Part shown: positions 34,896 to 59,548 of the stretch, piece after piece
Layout: the number at the start of each line of letters is the position of its first letter
How positions within the stretch are numbered: position 1 is the stretch's first letter
Source: Macrostomum lignano
Lineage: Eukaryota
DNA length: 64,000 nt
Direction: 5' to 3'
Assembly: GCA_002269645.1 (NCBI GenBank)
Contig: NIVC01002097.1
Coordinates: 62,001 to 126,000, forward strand
The notes under the pieces: model-generated
What the model was told of the DNA's origin: nothing
Database searches by the model: none
Seen by the model: the letters and a program-made list of their open reading frames with translations, nothing else
Position numbers and translations under genes: made by a program

Positions 34896-35485
34896 GGCAC
34901 GGCAGTCAAGGCGGGGCAGACAAGGAAAATTCCAGTTACAAAAGAATCGGTGAAGCAGCGGGAGAGCGATGAGACCTGAAATCTTCAATGCAGCGTGAAC
35001 ACACGGCTCAGGTGCGTGCGCTTCCAGCATCTGTTCGGTGCATTGCCGAAATCGCGAGTCCCTCATGGCGCAATTTCTCCTCTGATTTTCTCAAGCCTAT
35101 CTGCTCGAAATACAATGGGATCATTTGTCCTTCGGAGAGGTAGAAGTCTTAACACTTGACTTGGGACAATTTGGCACGGACTCATCCTGGCCTGAAGCAT
35201 TAATAGCTGAATCTAGCGGCAGACTTGCTCTCGTTATTTTATTCAGCACACTAGAAGTGAACACACTGCGCACATCAGTCTAGCTCTGAACATCTGCCAC
35301 CTGCTCAGTCAGTCAGTCAGTAGGAAGACAGCTGGACCGCATTTTCCTGCAAGACAAGAAGTTCTTGGCCACCTGCGCTGCGGGGGTGCGACCTGGGCTT
35401 CAGTGCTGGGGCTGCCCGTCTCCGACATCAACCGCATCGGCGACTGGAGGAGTGCAGCTGGTTCATTAATGACTCGGTTTGCATG

Positions 35486-35756
35486 GTCAGTCAGTCAGTC
35501 AGTCAGTCAGTCAGTCAGTCAGTCAGTCAGTCAGTCAGTCAGTCAGTCAGTCAGTCAGTCAGTCAGTCAGTCAGTCAGTCAGTCAGTCAGTCAGTCAGTC
35601 AGTCAGTCACTCAGTCAGTCAGTCAGTCAGTCAGTCACTCAGTCACTCAGTCAGTCACTCAGTCAGTCAGTCAGTCAGTCAGTCAGTCAGTCAGTCAGTC
35701 AGTCAGTCAGTCAGTCAGTCAGTCAGTCAGTCAGTCAGGCAGTCAGTCAGTCAGTC
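35486..35756. repeat. (CAGT)n microsatellite
   Basis: Direct inspection. Confidence 0.97.
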
Positions 35757-36009
35757 TTCATCGTCAGTGTAAACCGGCAGCCCCTGTCCTAATCTTAGCT
35801 CATCCGGCATAAAGAGCCGATCCTCCCTCTCACTCACATCCACTTTCCCACCCAATCCCGCCTTCCCATAGCGAAGCCATTGGCTGAGGAGAGGAGAGCC
35901 AAGTGTGTACTATTGAGCTCATAAAACCCCCGCACTTGCCAGCGCAGGACCTGTTGCCGAGCACACAACTCGTCCAACTCGAACTTCGAATCCCTCTGAC
36001 TGTCTTGCC

Positions 36010-47073
<11,064 letters not shown>

Positions 47074-47325
47074 CAATAATAACTTTAGTAACTGAGGCAG
47101 TAGTGTGGAATTACAGGAGTGAGGCTGACATTATTTATTAGTTTAGCAATGTCTTGTCTGTGTTGTTTGAACATCTGTTTTAATCCTCAATGTGTTAATC
47201 CCACCCTAATTGAAAATAAGTAAATGTGTAAGCCAGTCTTTTCGGCATAAGCCCTTTAATCTCGACCACCCGAATCATAAAAAAATTATCATGGCTTTTT
47301 TCCTGGCGGGCCAATACCTGCTAGC

Positions 47326-47700
<375 letters not shown>

Positions 47701-48519
47701 TCGCAAGCTTTAACTTACCAGCATTTACCAGCACAATGCTACTATTAGTAGAGCATTGAGTCTCAGGTTAAAATTAAATCAAATGAAATCTTTACCATCT
47801 AGGAGCCGGTCAAAGACATTCCAGCAAAATCCTTCATAAGAAAATATACCCAGAAGCGACTCCAATTGTAAATGCAATTTTGCGTGAACTTTGCTCATCG
47901 GATCATTTCCAGTCAGTCATAAATTTATCTTTCAGACTTAAACAGTCATGAGCTGCCTAGCAGTCCCTGCCCAGCGTCCCTACTCAGCAGTCCCTGCTCA
48001 GAGAAGATCAGTTTCAATCCAATTTGCTAATTCATAACGAACAGCGCATTGCCAAATGGCGTCAGGAAATGCTTGGAGACACAGCAGGCAGGGGCTCGCA
48101 AGGGCAGCCCGTTCTCCCCTGTTACCGCTCCGCGAAGGAATCCTTTTGCAGTCGTGGCGCCCCGTCTCCAACTGCGAATTCGGGGGGGGGGAATCTAAAA
48201 TGAAAAACGAAGAGCCGGGGAGAGTCTGCATGGCCGGGCCCCATCATCGTCCCCGCAGCCATTCAACACAAGAAGGCACTCAGGCCAATGTTAACAAGGC
48301 CAGTCAGGCCATTTCCGGCTTAGCTGGGCAAGTCGGGGGTCGGGGAGGTTCTGAAAACTCGGTTTGCCCAACTCCAGCGATGACATGAGGGGGGATTTGA
48401 TCCGAATCTGTTTTGAGCAGTTTAGCCTAGCCTAATTCTGTTTGGATGCATTCCTCATCTGACTGGGAATGAGAGTTGTTTGAGTTTGATGAAAATCTCA
48501 CAGATAATCTCATTGATCG

Positions 48520-49445
48520 TCGATAATCCACTGTAAATCTCTCCGATAATCCACAGTAAATCCCTCCGATAATGCACTGTAAATCCCTTCTATAATCCAC
48601 TGTAAATCTCTCCGATAATCCGCTGTAAATCTCTCCGATAATCCACCGTAAATCTCTCCGATAGTCCGCTGTAATTCTCTCCGATTTTTATTATTTTATT
48701 TTATTAGAGGCAGGGGGTTGTGTGCACCCTGGCGCACTTTAAGCGACATAGGCACACAACCGGCGAGAGGCATTACTGCCCATTCCGCCGACTCCCCTGA
48801 GCAGGCATACAAGCGCGCGGATATGTACGCAGGCACACACTCACACAGGAGTGTACAGCGGCCCTAACTTTATATTATCGTTAGGCATGTACACTTCACT
48901 GCGCCTTGGGGGGTTGGCTCTCAAGGCCGTTAATTGCACGAGCAGAGACAAGCCGAGATTCCAATTCAGCCCCAAATTAATGTGACTGCACTTGGAATCG
49001 AGCCTGGGTCGCTGGCACACCAGAGCAGCTGCGCTACCGCTGGGCTACGGCCCCCCTAGAAAATCTCTCCGATAGTCAACTGTAAATCTCTCTGATAATC
49101 CGCTGTAAATCTCTCCGATAACCCGCTGTAAATCTCTCCGATAATCCACCGTAAATCTCTCCTATAATCCACAGTAAATCCCTCCGATAATCCACTGTAA
49201 ATCCCTTCGATAATCCACAGTAAATCCCTCCGATAATCCACTGTAAATCCCTTCGATAATCCACAGTAAATCCCTCTGATAATCCACTGTAAATCCCTTC
49301 GATAATCCACTGTAAATCTCTCCGATAGTCCGCTGTAAATCTTTCCAATGATCCGCTGTAAATCTCTCCGATAATATACCGTAAATCTCTCCGATAGTCC
49401 GCTGTAAATCTCTCTGATAATTCGCTGTAAATCTCTCCGATAATC
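48520..49445. repeat. 23-bp minisatellite (TGTAAATCTCTCCGATAATCCGC) interrupted by a SINE
   Basis: Period 23 (48601, 48624). Present on both sides of 48685-49056. Confidence 0.92.
48685..49056 (-). mobile_element. tRNA-derived SINE (~370 bp) with A-rich tail
   Basis: The minus strand starts GGGGGGCCGTAGCCCAGCGGTAGCGC (A box), then GGCTCGATTCC (B box), and ends in an (AAAAT)n-like tail at 48685-48705. Confidence 0.85.
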
Positions 49446-49499
49446 TCTTATTAATCTCTCTAAATTTACTCTCGCTAAGATCGCTTCGATAATTCGAAG

Positions 49500-50770
49500 A
49501 GCAGGTCCGCTGACGGACTCGCTCGAACAGCAGGTCGATACGGCGGACGCTGGCCTACTGCGCGCCTTTACCTTCAAGATCGGCTACGAGCGAGTCACCA
49601 ATGCGGCACTCTGTCGCCGCACCGGCCTGTCCCATCCCAGCGAACTGTTAAGCCGTCGGCGAATCCAGCTGGTAGACGAAATCCTACTGGTAAAGTCCAA
49701 CTCCCCGCTGCCGATGCAGGAGGTGCTGCTGCTGACGCTGCAGGCACCCCTACCGGCGAGGACAGGCGCGCACTCCGGCCCCTCACCGCGCCTCTCGCCA
49801 TGCTGCACGGACATCTGGTCTCTGCTCAGGAGAGTCCCACTGGGCCATCACGTCACTGTCCAGTTGATCTCCGGCCACTGCGACCTGCGGCTCAACGACC
49901 TGGCAGACAGCACAGCGCGCGACGCGGCTCGGCTCCCTCAAGCGGACGCTCCACTGGACCTTCGCAGCACCCGTTCGGCCATCGCCTTGCTGGTAGCCTC
50001 AGACCTCCACCAGGCCTACGCCAATGACCAACACTGCGCTCTGCCACACATGGGAGGCCACCGAAACGCCTACCGCCGGGCTCCGGCCGCAAAGCCCAAG
50101 TGACCCTGGCCCAGCTCCGCACCGGCCACTGCCCTGCATCGGCCTGGAGCCATCGGCGACCTGCCCAGCATGCGGCAATGCCGAGGAGGACCTCGAACAC
50201 CTCATCATCCAATGCCCGACACACGCAGACACCCGGGCGGAGGTCCTGTGACCAAACCCGCCGCTGCCCGTGATCGCAGACGACGGCCCCCGTGTGCTCG
50301 AGTATCTCCGGAGATGGGAGCAGAGGCGCCCCCGGACTAGCTCTGGCCGGGAACCACCACCACCACCACCACCACCACCACCACCACCACCACCATCACC
50401 ACCACCACAACCACCACCACCACCACCACCACCACCACCACCACCACCACCACCACCACCACCACCATCACCACACCACCACCACCATCACCACCACCAC
50501 CACCACCACCACCACCACCACCACCATCACCACCACCACCACCACCACCACCACCACCACCACCACCACATCACCACCACCACCACCACCACCACCACCA
50601 CCACCATCACCACCACCACCACACCACCACCACCACCATCACCACCACCACCACCACCATCACCACCACCAACACCACCACCACCACCACCACCACCACT
50701 CGGCGTTTCGTCGACTGCCTGCTGGCTGACGCCGGCACCGGCAGTGTGGCCTACGTTCGTGCCCATTGAT
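49500..50770 (+). mobile_element. RTE-like LINE 3' fragment (49500-49775 and 50697-50770) split by a nested LINE
   Basis: LTDSLEQQVDTADAGLLR...VTNAAL...SRRRIQL...APYRRGQAR|TRRFVDCLLADAG continues across the insertion (one frameshift near 49750). Confidence 0.75.
49776..50696 (+). mobile_element. I-group LINE 3' fragment (RNase H end plus CCHC) with long (CAC)n tail
   Basis: VTVQLISGHCDLRLNDLADSTARDA, CPACGNAEEDLEHLIIQCP and PRVLEYLRR. (CAC)n at 50351-50696. CACTC duplicated at 49771-49775 and 50697-50701. Confidence 0.8.
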
Positions 50771-51122
50771 CTTATTGATCCCATTGAATCCCATTGATCC
50801 CATTGATCCCATTGATCTCATTGATCCCATTGATCTCATTGATCTCATTGATCTCATTGATCCCATTGATCTCATTGATCTCATTGATCCTATTGATCCC
50901 ATTGATCCCATTGATCCCATTGATCTCACTGATTTCATTGATCCCATTGATCTCATTGATCCTATTGATCCCATTGATCCCATCGATCCCATTGATCTCA
51001 CTGATTTCATTGATCCCATTGATCTCATTGATCCTATTGATCCCATTGATCCCATCGATCCCATTGATCTCACTGATTTCATTGATCCCATTGATCTCAT
51101 TGATCTCACTGATCCCATTGAT
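50762..51122. repeat. 9-bp minisatellite (CCCATTGAT/CTCATTGAT)
   Basis: Begins at the GCCCATTGAT end of the RTE fragment. Confidence 0.95.
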
Positions 51123-51664
51123 CAGATTGAAGACCCCATCCTCTCTGCAATTTTGTGCACCTTCAACAACATTGGGATAAACTTAGAGTCTAAGCAATCT
51201 CCTCAATAAAGTACACGGGCACTTTTCAATCCCCAGCCTCTCTGCTGCATCAGTATTAAAAATCGCCCGAGCACTTTAATCGGCCGCAGCAGTTTATAAA
51301 CCGGCCGAAAAATTGTTTCCAAAGCCGAAATTTTCATTTTGAAAGCCTCTGCTATTCGTCTTTGCTGAAAGTGCAGCTGAAGAAAATTTTCCTCAATCTG
51401 GGGAGCCGGGATGCTCGGCTGGGTAAATAAGGCCGATTGGGATTAGCATATTGCTGCGGCAGGAGCGGCCGCCACCCGCAATTTTGCTTTGAACAAATTG
51501 CCACCAATGCGGCCTTCGCTGAGCGGCCTGTGGGGAATTCCGGCTTCGCTTGGCTCGGGTTGCGGAGCCAAGTTTGAGGGGCCGGGTCGGGGCTGCCGAG
51601 CTGCTGCGAGAGGCCTCGAAAGTTTAAAAAATACTGTTAACCTGGGAAACGCATGTATACAGAT

Positions 51665-53928
51665 AGATAAGAGATTAGAGAATTACTCATTAGAGATAAG
51701 AGACGGGAGACCCTGATTACAGATGACTAATTAGAGATAAGAGACGGGAAATCCTAATTACAGATGACTAATTAGAGATAAGAGACGGGAGACCCTGATT
51801 ACAGATGACTAATTAGAGATAAGAGACGGGAGACCCTGATTACAGATGACTAATTAGAAATAAGAGACGGGAGACCCTGATTACAGATGACTAATTAGAA
51901 ATAAGAGACGGGAGACCCTGATTACAGATGACTAATTAGAGATAAGAGACGGGAGACCCTGATTACAGATGACTAATTAGAGATAAGAGACGGGAGACCC
52001 TGATTACAGATGACTAATTGGAAATAAGAGACGGGAAATCCTAATTACAGATGACTAATTAGAGATAAGAGACGGGAGACCCTGATTACAGATGACTAAT
52101 TAGAGATAAGAGACGGGAGACCCTGATTACAGATGACTAATTAGAAATAAGAGACGGGAGACCCTGATTACAGATGACTAATTAGAAATAAGAGACGGGA
52201 GACCCTGATTACAGATGACTAATTAGAGATAAGAGACGGGAGACCCTGATTACAGATGACTAATTAGAGATAAGAGACGGGAGACCCTGATTACAGATGA
52301 CTAATTAGAAATAAGAGACGGGAAATCCTAATTACAGATGACTAATTAGAGATAAGAGACGGGAGATCCTGATTACAGATGACTAATTAGAGATAAGAGA
52401 CGGGAGACCCTGATTACAGATGACTAATTAGAGATAAGAGACGGGAGACCCTGATTACAGATGACTAATTAGAAATAAGAGACGGGAGACCCTGATTACA
52501 GATGACTAATTAGAAATAAGAGACGGGAGACCCTGATTACAGATGACTAATTAGAAATAAGAGACGGGAGACCCTGATTACAGATGACTAATTAGAAATA
52601 AGAGACGGGAGACCCTGATTACAGATGACTAATTAGAAATAAGAGACGGGAGACCCTGATTACAGATGACTAATTAGAAATAAGAGACGGGAGACCCTGA
52701 TTACAGATGACTAATTAGAGATAAGAGACGGGAGACCCTGATTACAGATGACTAATTAGAGATAAGAGACGGGAGACCCTGATTACAGATGACTAATTAG
52801 AAATAAGAGACGGGAGACCCTGATTACAGATGAATAATTAGAAATAAGAGACGGGAGACCCTGATTACAGATGACTAATTAGAGATAAGAGACGGGAGAC
52901 CCTGATTACAGATGACTAATTAGAGATAAGAGACGGGAGACCCTGATTACAGATGACTAATTAGAAATAAGAGACGGGAGACCCTGATTACAGATGACTA
53001 ATTAGAGATAAGAGACGGGAGACCCTGATTACAGATGACTAATTAGAGATAAGAGACGGGAGACCCTGATTACAGATGACTAATTAGAAATAAGAGACGG
53101 GAGACCCTGATTACAGATGACTAATTAGAAATAAGAGACGGGAGACCCTGATTACAGATGACTAATTAGAAATAAGAGACGGGAGACCCTGATTACAGAT
53201 GACTAATTAGAAATAAGAGACGGGAGACCCTGATTACAGATGACTAATTAGAGATAAGAGACGGGAGACCCTGATTACAGATGACTAATTAGAAATAAGA
53301 GACGGGAGACCCTGATTACAGATGACTAATTAGAGATAAGAGACGGGAGACCCTGATTACAGATGACTAATTAGAGATAAGAGACGGGAGACCCTGATTA
53401 CAGATGACTAATTAGAGATAAGAGACGGGAGACCCTGATTACAGATGACTAATTAGAAATAAGAGACGGGAGACCCTGATTACAGATGACTAATTAGAAA
53501 TAAGAGACGGGAGACCCTGATTACAGATGACTAATTAGAGATAAGAGACGGGAGACCCTGATTACAGATGACTAATTAGAAATAAGAGACGGGAGACCCT
53601 GATTACAGATGACTAATTAGAGATAAGAGATGGGAAATCTTAATTACAGATGACTAATTAGAGATAAGAGACGGGAGATCCTGATTACAGATGACTAATT
53701 AGAGATAAGAGATGGGAAATCTTAATTACAGATGACTAATTAGAGATAAGAGACGGGAGATCCTGATTACAGATGACTAATTAGAGATAAGAGACGGGAG
53801 ACCCTGATTACAGATGACTAATTAGAGATAAGAGACGGGAGACCCTGATTACAGATGACTAATTAGAGATAAGAGACGGGAGATCCTGATTACAGATGAC
53901 TAATTAGAGATAAGAGACGGGAGATCCT
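51665..53928. repeat. 41-bp minisatellite (TTAGAGATAAGAGACGGGAGACCCTGATTACAGATGACTAA), ~55 copies
   Basis: Period 41 (51781, 51822). Confidence 0.97.
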
Positions 53929-54404
53929 GTTTTGAGTTGATAGATTATATATTAGGCGAACAGTTGCGCTCAGACTTTGTGCCCAGAGGCTTCGGCCCTT
54001 GGATTTTCATTTCGAATCGAATCCGAGGTCTTTGGCGCGTGGAAAAGAGATAAAGAGAAAACAGAGCTGCCAAACTGACAGGCCGCCGACAGTGGAGAGC
54101 AGAGGTTCGCGCTTACCTCGGCAGCGGCCGCAGCAGACCTTCACCAGCTCCCCATTTAATTTTGAGCAAGGCGGGATTGCGGCCTCGGCCCTCCGGGAGC
54201 GGTCGATGAGGAGCCGGCGGGTGGGTTGACGGCCGCGATGACGGCTGCCGCTCCGCACGGCCACCGCCCCCGCCTCGCGAACCCATGATAATGAAGTCCT
54301 CGCGGCTCTTCAAAATTTATTCCGGTAATCACCGGTGCGGCTCACAGATGCGGAATGGGGGCGTGCTGAGACCGCTGGGTGAGGGAGAGCGGATTGAACT
54401 GTTT

Positions 54405-54713
<309 letters not shown>

Positions 54714-55607
54714 GCCGATAGAGCTCAAAGGCTTCGGTGGGCGGAGGCGAATGCAGGCCGAGGCGGTGGGTCGCAGATTTGTCCCGGACAGAAGTCAATT
54801 CCCCAAGGAAATTTCGGCCCCCAATTTCGGCCGGTCGGAGCGCAGGAAGCACGGAAAAGCAGCAATTAAATTCTGCTGCTCCGGAACACAGAATGCAATA
54901 TTTGTTTCCACACCTATCCAGCGCAATCAAGAGGTAGGTTTCTTCAAAATTCGGAAAACTTTGCATCAAGAATCGCTCGTTGATTTTGCTTCTCTTCCGT
55001 TATTCCGCAACGGCCGAGGTGAACCCGAAGTGTAGATGGAGATTTTTATACCAAATATATCCCGGTTAATGCAGCAGAATGTCAAAACTAGGCGAGTGGA
55101 CTCGCTGTTCGCATGTGTTGCACGTGCTCTGTCCTGTCTGTGAGCCAAGGGGTCTCGTTTGTTCAGATTTTTTGTCTTTCGCAGTTTCCTTAAACGTTTA
55201 AAGTTTTGCATCAATAAATTTGCCTGCAAATTTTGGCTTGTTCCACCACCAGTCTTGCCTGTCTCCTTTCCCCGCGGTTGAAATTCTGAAACATTTCACA
55301 TTTCCAGACCTCGCCCTGCGATCTGCCCGTAATGAGTCGGTTTGAGTTAGGCCCAAAACAGAAACAGTTTTTCATGCTGGTTTCGTGGAATCCACAGCGC
55401 AAAATTTGATTGCAAAGAGAGGGGCTATTTTTAACCTGATTTCGCAAAAAACGCGCCACACTGATGGCGCGCTTATGCTGGTTGGAAAATCCAACCAAAA
55501 AACTGCTGAATGACAGACCTCTCGGGCCCACAAGAGAGCATTAGAGAACACCGCTTCTTTGGTCGCTTTTAGGCCAGGCCGCCACGCTCGAAAAATCTCA
55601 CACTGCC

Positions 55608-56378
55608 GCTTTGATAATCTCACACTGCCGCTCTGATAATCTCACACTGCCGCTCTGATAATCTCACACTAACGCTCTGAAAATCTCACACTGCCGCTTT
55701 GATAATCTCCATACTGCCGCTTTGATAATCTCACACTGCCGCTGTGATAATCTCACACTGCCGCTGTGATAATCTCACACTGCCGCTGTGATAATCTCAC
55801 ACTGCCGCTGTGATAATCTCACACTGCCGTTGTGATAATCTCACACTGCCTCTCTGATAATCTCACACTGCCGCTCTGATAATCTCACACTGCCGCTGTG
55901 ATAATCTCACACTGCCGCTGTGATAATCTCACACTACCGCTTTGATAATCTCACACTGCCGCTTTGATAATCTCCACACTGCCGCTTTGATAATCTCACA
56001 CTGCCGCTTTGATAATCTCACACTGCCGCTCTGATAATCTCACACTGCCGCTTTGAAAATCTCACACTGCTGCTCCGATAATCTCACACTGCCGCTCTGA
56101 TAATCTCACACTGCCGCTTTGATAATCTCACACTGCCGCAGTGATAATCTCACACTGCCGCAGTGATAATCTCACACTGCCGCTTTGATAATCTCACACT
56201 GCCGCTTTGATCATCTCACACTGCCGCTTTGAAAATCTCACACTGCCGCTCTGATAATCTCACACTGCCGCTCTGATAATCTCACACTGCCGCTCTGATA
56301 ATCTCACACTGCCGCCTGATAATCTCACACTGCCGCTCTGATAATCTCACACTGCCGCCTGATAATCTCACACTGCCA
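55608..56378. repeat. 22-bp minisatellite (GATAATCTCACACTGCCGCTTT), ~35 copies
   Basis: Period 22 (55741, 55763). Confidence 0.97.
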
Positions 56379-56890
56379 TCTGACAGCTATTCAGCTAGCC
56401 CCTCTAGCGGACAGGCGCTAAGATGAGATAATCTCAGGCTATCTTGAGCATCCGCCAGGCTCCGCAAATCTAGCGAACCCTACCGTTACTGCAGAAAGTT
56501 CCACATTTGGAGCTGGAACAAAGTGACGCTGTCTGCACCAATTGTAGTCCTGAATGTCGAAGTTCGAATTTCTAAGGAGACCCAGCGTTCCCGGCCAGTC
56601 CTCCGGTCCCTGGCGCTCCCGGACAGGCGCACAGCCGGACAGCCAATGATTGAAACTGAAATCCCTGGCTGAAAACAGCGCCCGCCTACTTCTGCATGTC
56701 TTCTTGCTGCTGCTGCCGCCGCCTTTGCTGCTGTCTGCTGCTTCTGCTTCCAAGGAAATTTCATTCAGATTTGCGAGTTAATCAAATTTTTCAAGTGAGT
56801 TGGTTGCTGATTTTGAGCGCAGTCTGACTGAATTGAACCGATTGGATCTTCAACCGTTTTAGGAGTGCATCCGGAGCTGACCGAACAGAC

Positions 56891-57361
56891 ATGCGCTTCA
56901 TGCCGCTGCTGCTGGCCGCCCTGCTGCCGCTCGCCCTGGCCGCCAGCTCTGGCGAAGTGCCGTCAGCGAGTCTCAGTGACGCCGCGGTGGAGGAGCCCTC
57001 GACCGCCCGGGACTCCTGGCTGATGCAGGACTCGGCCGCTGAAAGCCTACGGGGCGGTGATATTGAAAAGCGTCCGAGCTTTGTCCGACTGGGTAAACGT
57101 CCGAGCTTTGTCCGACTTGGGAAACGTCCGAGCTTTGTTCGACTTGGGAAACGTCCGAGCTTTGTCCGACTTGGGAAACGTCCGAGCTTTGTCCGACTTG
57201 GGAAACGTCCGAGCTTTGTCCGACTTGGGAAACGTCCGAGCTTTGTCCGACTTGGGAAACGTCCGAACTTTGTCCGACTGGGCAAACGTCCGAGCTTTGT
57301 CCGACTAGGGAAGCGACAGGGATTAGATATAGAACCAGAGGAGGCTGCTGATCACAATTGA
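56891..57361 (+). CDS. npp-1: FVRLamide neuropeptide precursor: 8x PSFVRLamide and 1x PNFVRLamide
   Basis: Signal peptide MRFMPLLLAALLPLALAA, acidic spacer, and nine KR-P(S/N)FVRL-G-KR cassettes (27 bp, with synonymous variation). The symbol follows flatworm nomenclature, from memory. Confidence 0.93.
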   Translation: MRFMPLLLAALLPLALAASSGEVPSASLSDAAVEEPSTARDSWLMQDSAAESLRGGDIEKRPSFVRLGKRPSFVRLGKRPSFVRLGKRPSFVRLGKRPSFVRLGKRPSFVRLGKRPSFVRLGKRPNFVRLGKRPSFVRLGKRQGLDIEPEEAADHN

Positions 57362-58512
57362 ATATTTCCAGGTGTTTCGGGTTTCGAGGAAACCCCTACA
57401 ACTTGGGCGGTGGGATTTTCGGCTGACTGGTGGGAATCGGACTGATGAACAATAAACGATAATCAATCTGATGAATTTTGAGCGCATTAAAGCAGCCACG
57501 GCCAGTGTCCGTGTCTCTTCTTCAAAAAAAGCAACAAATTTTCATTCATTTGAGTTTCTGATAGCTGAAGCTGCTTGCTGCCCCCGCTCTCAAAGAGCTT
57601 CGTTCTGAATAAAAAACTAATGAGGGACTGCGTGTATTCAAAGCAATTGTAAATCAACGCACACCAAAAAAGCAATGGCTAACGGTATTCTACATTTTGA
57701 TATGCGAAAACAAGTTTATTAAACTGGTTACAGTCGCAGGGAGTACCACTCGAGGGAGTGCTGAAAGAGATGCTCAGGGGAGTGCTCAAGAGGATTGCTC
57801 TGGGAAGCGCTCAGGGAATGCTCAGGGGAGTGCTCAGGGAGTACTCAGTGGAATCCTCAGGGAGTGCTCAGTGAGTGCTCAATGGAGTGCTCAGTGGAGT
57901 GCTCAGGAATCTTATGGCTTGTCTAAGATCATCAAAGAATTGCTACTCAAATACTCAAGGGAGTGGCAGTGGGAATACTCATGATAACATCAATCAAAGC
58001 CAGCAACAGTGGCCAAAGATGCTAATTAGAAGCTACGAGCGTATAAAGCTGCAGAAGCTACAATGAGAGTTCGAGTTTAGGTTGAGACAATATTATTTTT
58101 CAAACCAGTGCTTTAAGTACCCTAAACCTTGCGTAAGCTTCATCCGACTTGCATGTAAAGCTGTAAACAGGTAAATGGAAAACACAGATATCATTCTCTA
58201 GGAATGATTATTGGAATATCAACGATAAAATAAAAGGGCCTGAAAACGAAGGCAGCAAGGCGCAAGGCGAATGCGCGTCTTGCGCTACTGACAGTAAGCA
58301 GGCTGGAAAACGATGGAGCGCTAGAAAACACAGTAAAAAGCCGATTAGTCAACTTGACCGAAAAATATCTGTTAGATGAGGCACAATTTCGCCGCCACGC
58401 TGCTGAGCTCAGTTTCAGATTGCTGTAGAAAAAATCGCGGATTTAAAACTGCGCCAAAATCAGTTTGAGAAGCATTACGAAGTTTGTGACACCGGAAACC
58501 AGCCGCCACACT

Positions 58513-58726
58513 TCACTGCGTCGCCACAGGCCGAATCCGCAAGGCCATGTCCTTGCGGACATCCTTGTACAGCTCCGGGTTGCTCTTGTTCTCGTTGGTG
58601 ACGCCTCTGGCGTGCGGGCCCAGCTGGTCCTTGGTGATGAAGTCCCACAGCACCCGCAGCAAGCTCGAGTGATGCGGCAGCGGGTCGTAGAACTCCGGAG
58701 CGATTCGGCGAACCTCTGGTAGGCGA
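58513..58726 (-). CDS. DEGS1: Sphingolipid delta-4 desaturase (DEGS), last coding exon
   Basis: TTCCAG acceptor, then RLPEVRRIAPEFYDPLPHHSSLLRVLWDFITKDQLGPHAR...*, matching the DEGS C-terminus ([28 protein letters not shown]...PYSR). Not in the ORF track. Upstream exons lie beyond the LINE or beyond the window. Confidence 0.85.
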
Positions 58727-58793
58727 CTGGAAGGCGAATTATTTGCTGTTGTATCGGTGCAAATTCTCAGTACAGGTGAACAAGCAGCAATTA

Positions 58794-58842
58794 ATGCTGC
58801 TGCTACTGCTGCTGCTACTGCTACTGCTACTGCTGCTGCTAC

Positions 58843-58876
<34 letters not shown>

Positions 58877-59076
58877 TCTGTGTGTGTGTGTGTGTGTGTG
58901 TCTTCGGCTGGGCGGGTTCCCTCATTGCACCCACTCAGGGTGCGTGCACTTCAGGAACCCTAGCACCTTCGCTTCATCTCCCAGATCCTCTGCTGCTTCT
59001 GTTGCTATTGCTACTGCTACTGCTGCTGCTACTGCTGCTGCTGCTGCTGCTGCTATTGCTACTGCTACTGCTGCTG

Positions 59077-59168
<92 letters not shown>

Positions 59169-59332
59169 GCTGCTACTACTGCTGCTGCTTCTGTTGCTAC
59201 GAGCGTATTGCTACTGCTGCTGCTGCTGCTACTACTGCTGCTGCTTCTGTTGCTACGAGCGTATTGCTACTGCTACTGCTGCTGCTACTGCTGCTGCTGC
59301 TGCTACTGCTGCTGCTGCTGCTACTGCTGCTG

Positions 59333-59415
<83 letters not shown>

Positions 59416-59478
59416 GCTGCTACTACTGCTGCTGCTGCTTCTGTTGCTACGAGCGTATTGCTACTGCTACTGCTGCTG

Positions 59479-59537
<59 letters not shown>

Positions 59538-59548
59538 ACTGCTGCTGC
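58794..59548. repeat. Compound (CTG/CTA)n trinucleotide tract with internal higher-order duplication
   Basis: GCTTCTGTTGCTACGAGCGTATTGCTACTGCT recurs three times. Confidence 0.95.
58879..58992 (-). mobile_element. 3' tip of another LINE with (CA)n tail embedded in the trinucleotide tract
   Basis: The minus strand reads AEDLGDEAKVLGFLKCTHPEWVQ*, then a short UTR and (AC)n. It resembles the xxVLxFL C-termini of I-group ORF2 proteins. Confidence 0.5.

Noticed and set aside
30735-35066. 1299-1443-aa ORFs on both strands
   Set aside because: Translation of a stop-free 43-bp array in several frames; no unique coding sequence or splice context.
48985-49056. Functional tRNA gene
   Set aside because: A and B boxes are present, but the sequence continues into a ~300-bp body and A-rich tail with no clean acceptor stem, so it is a SINE head.
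50270-50797. Poly-His/Pro/Thr proteins; likewise the poly-Leu/Ala/Cys ORFs at 58743-59816
   Set aside because: These are translations of (CAC)n and (CTG/CTA)n tracts.
51665-53928. CRISPR-like regular array (also 39270-39975 and 55608-56378)
   Set aside because: Head-to-tail repeats without unique spacers, no cas genes, eukaryotic context.
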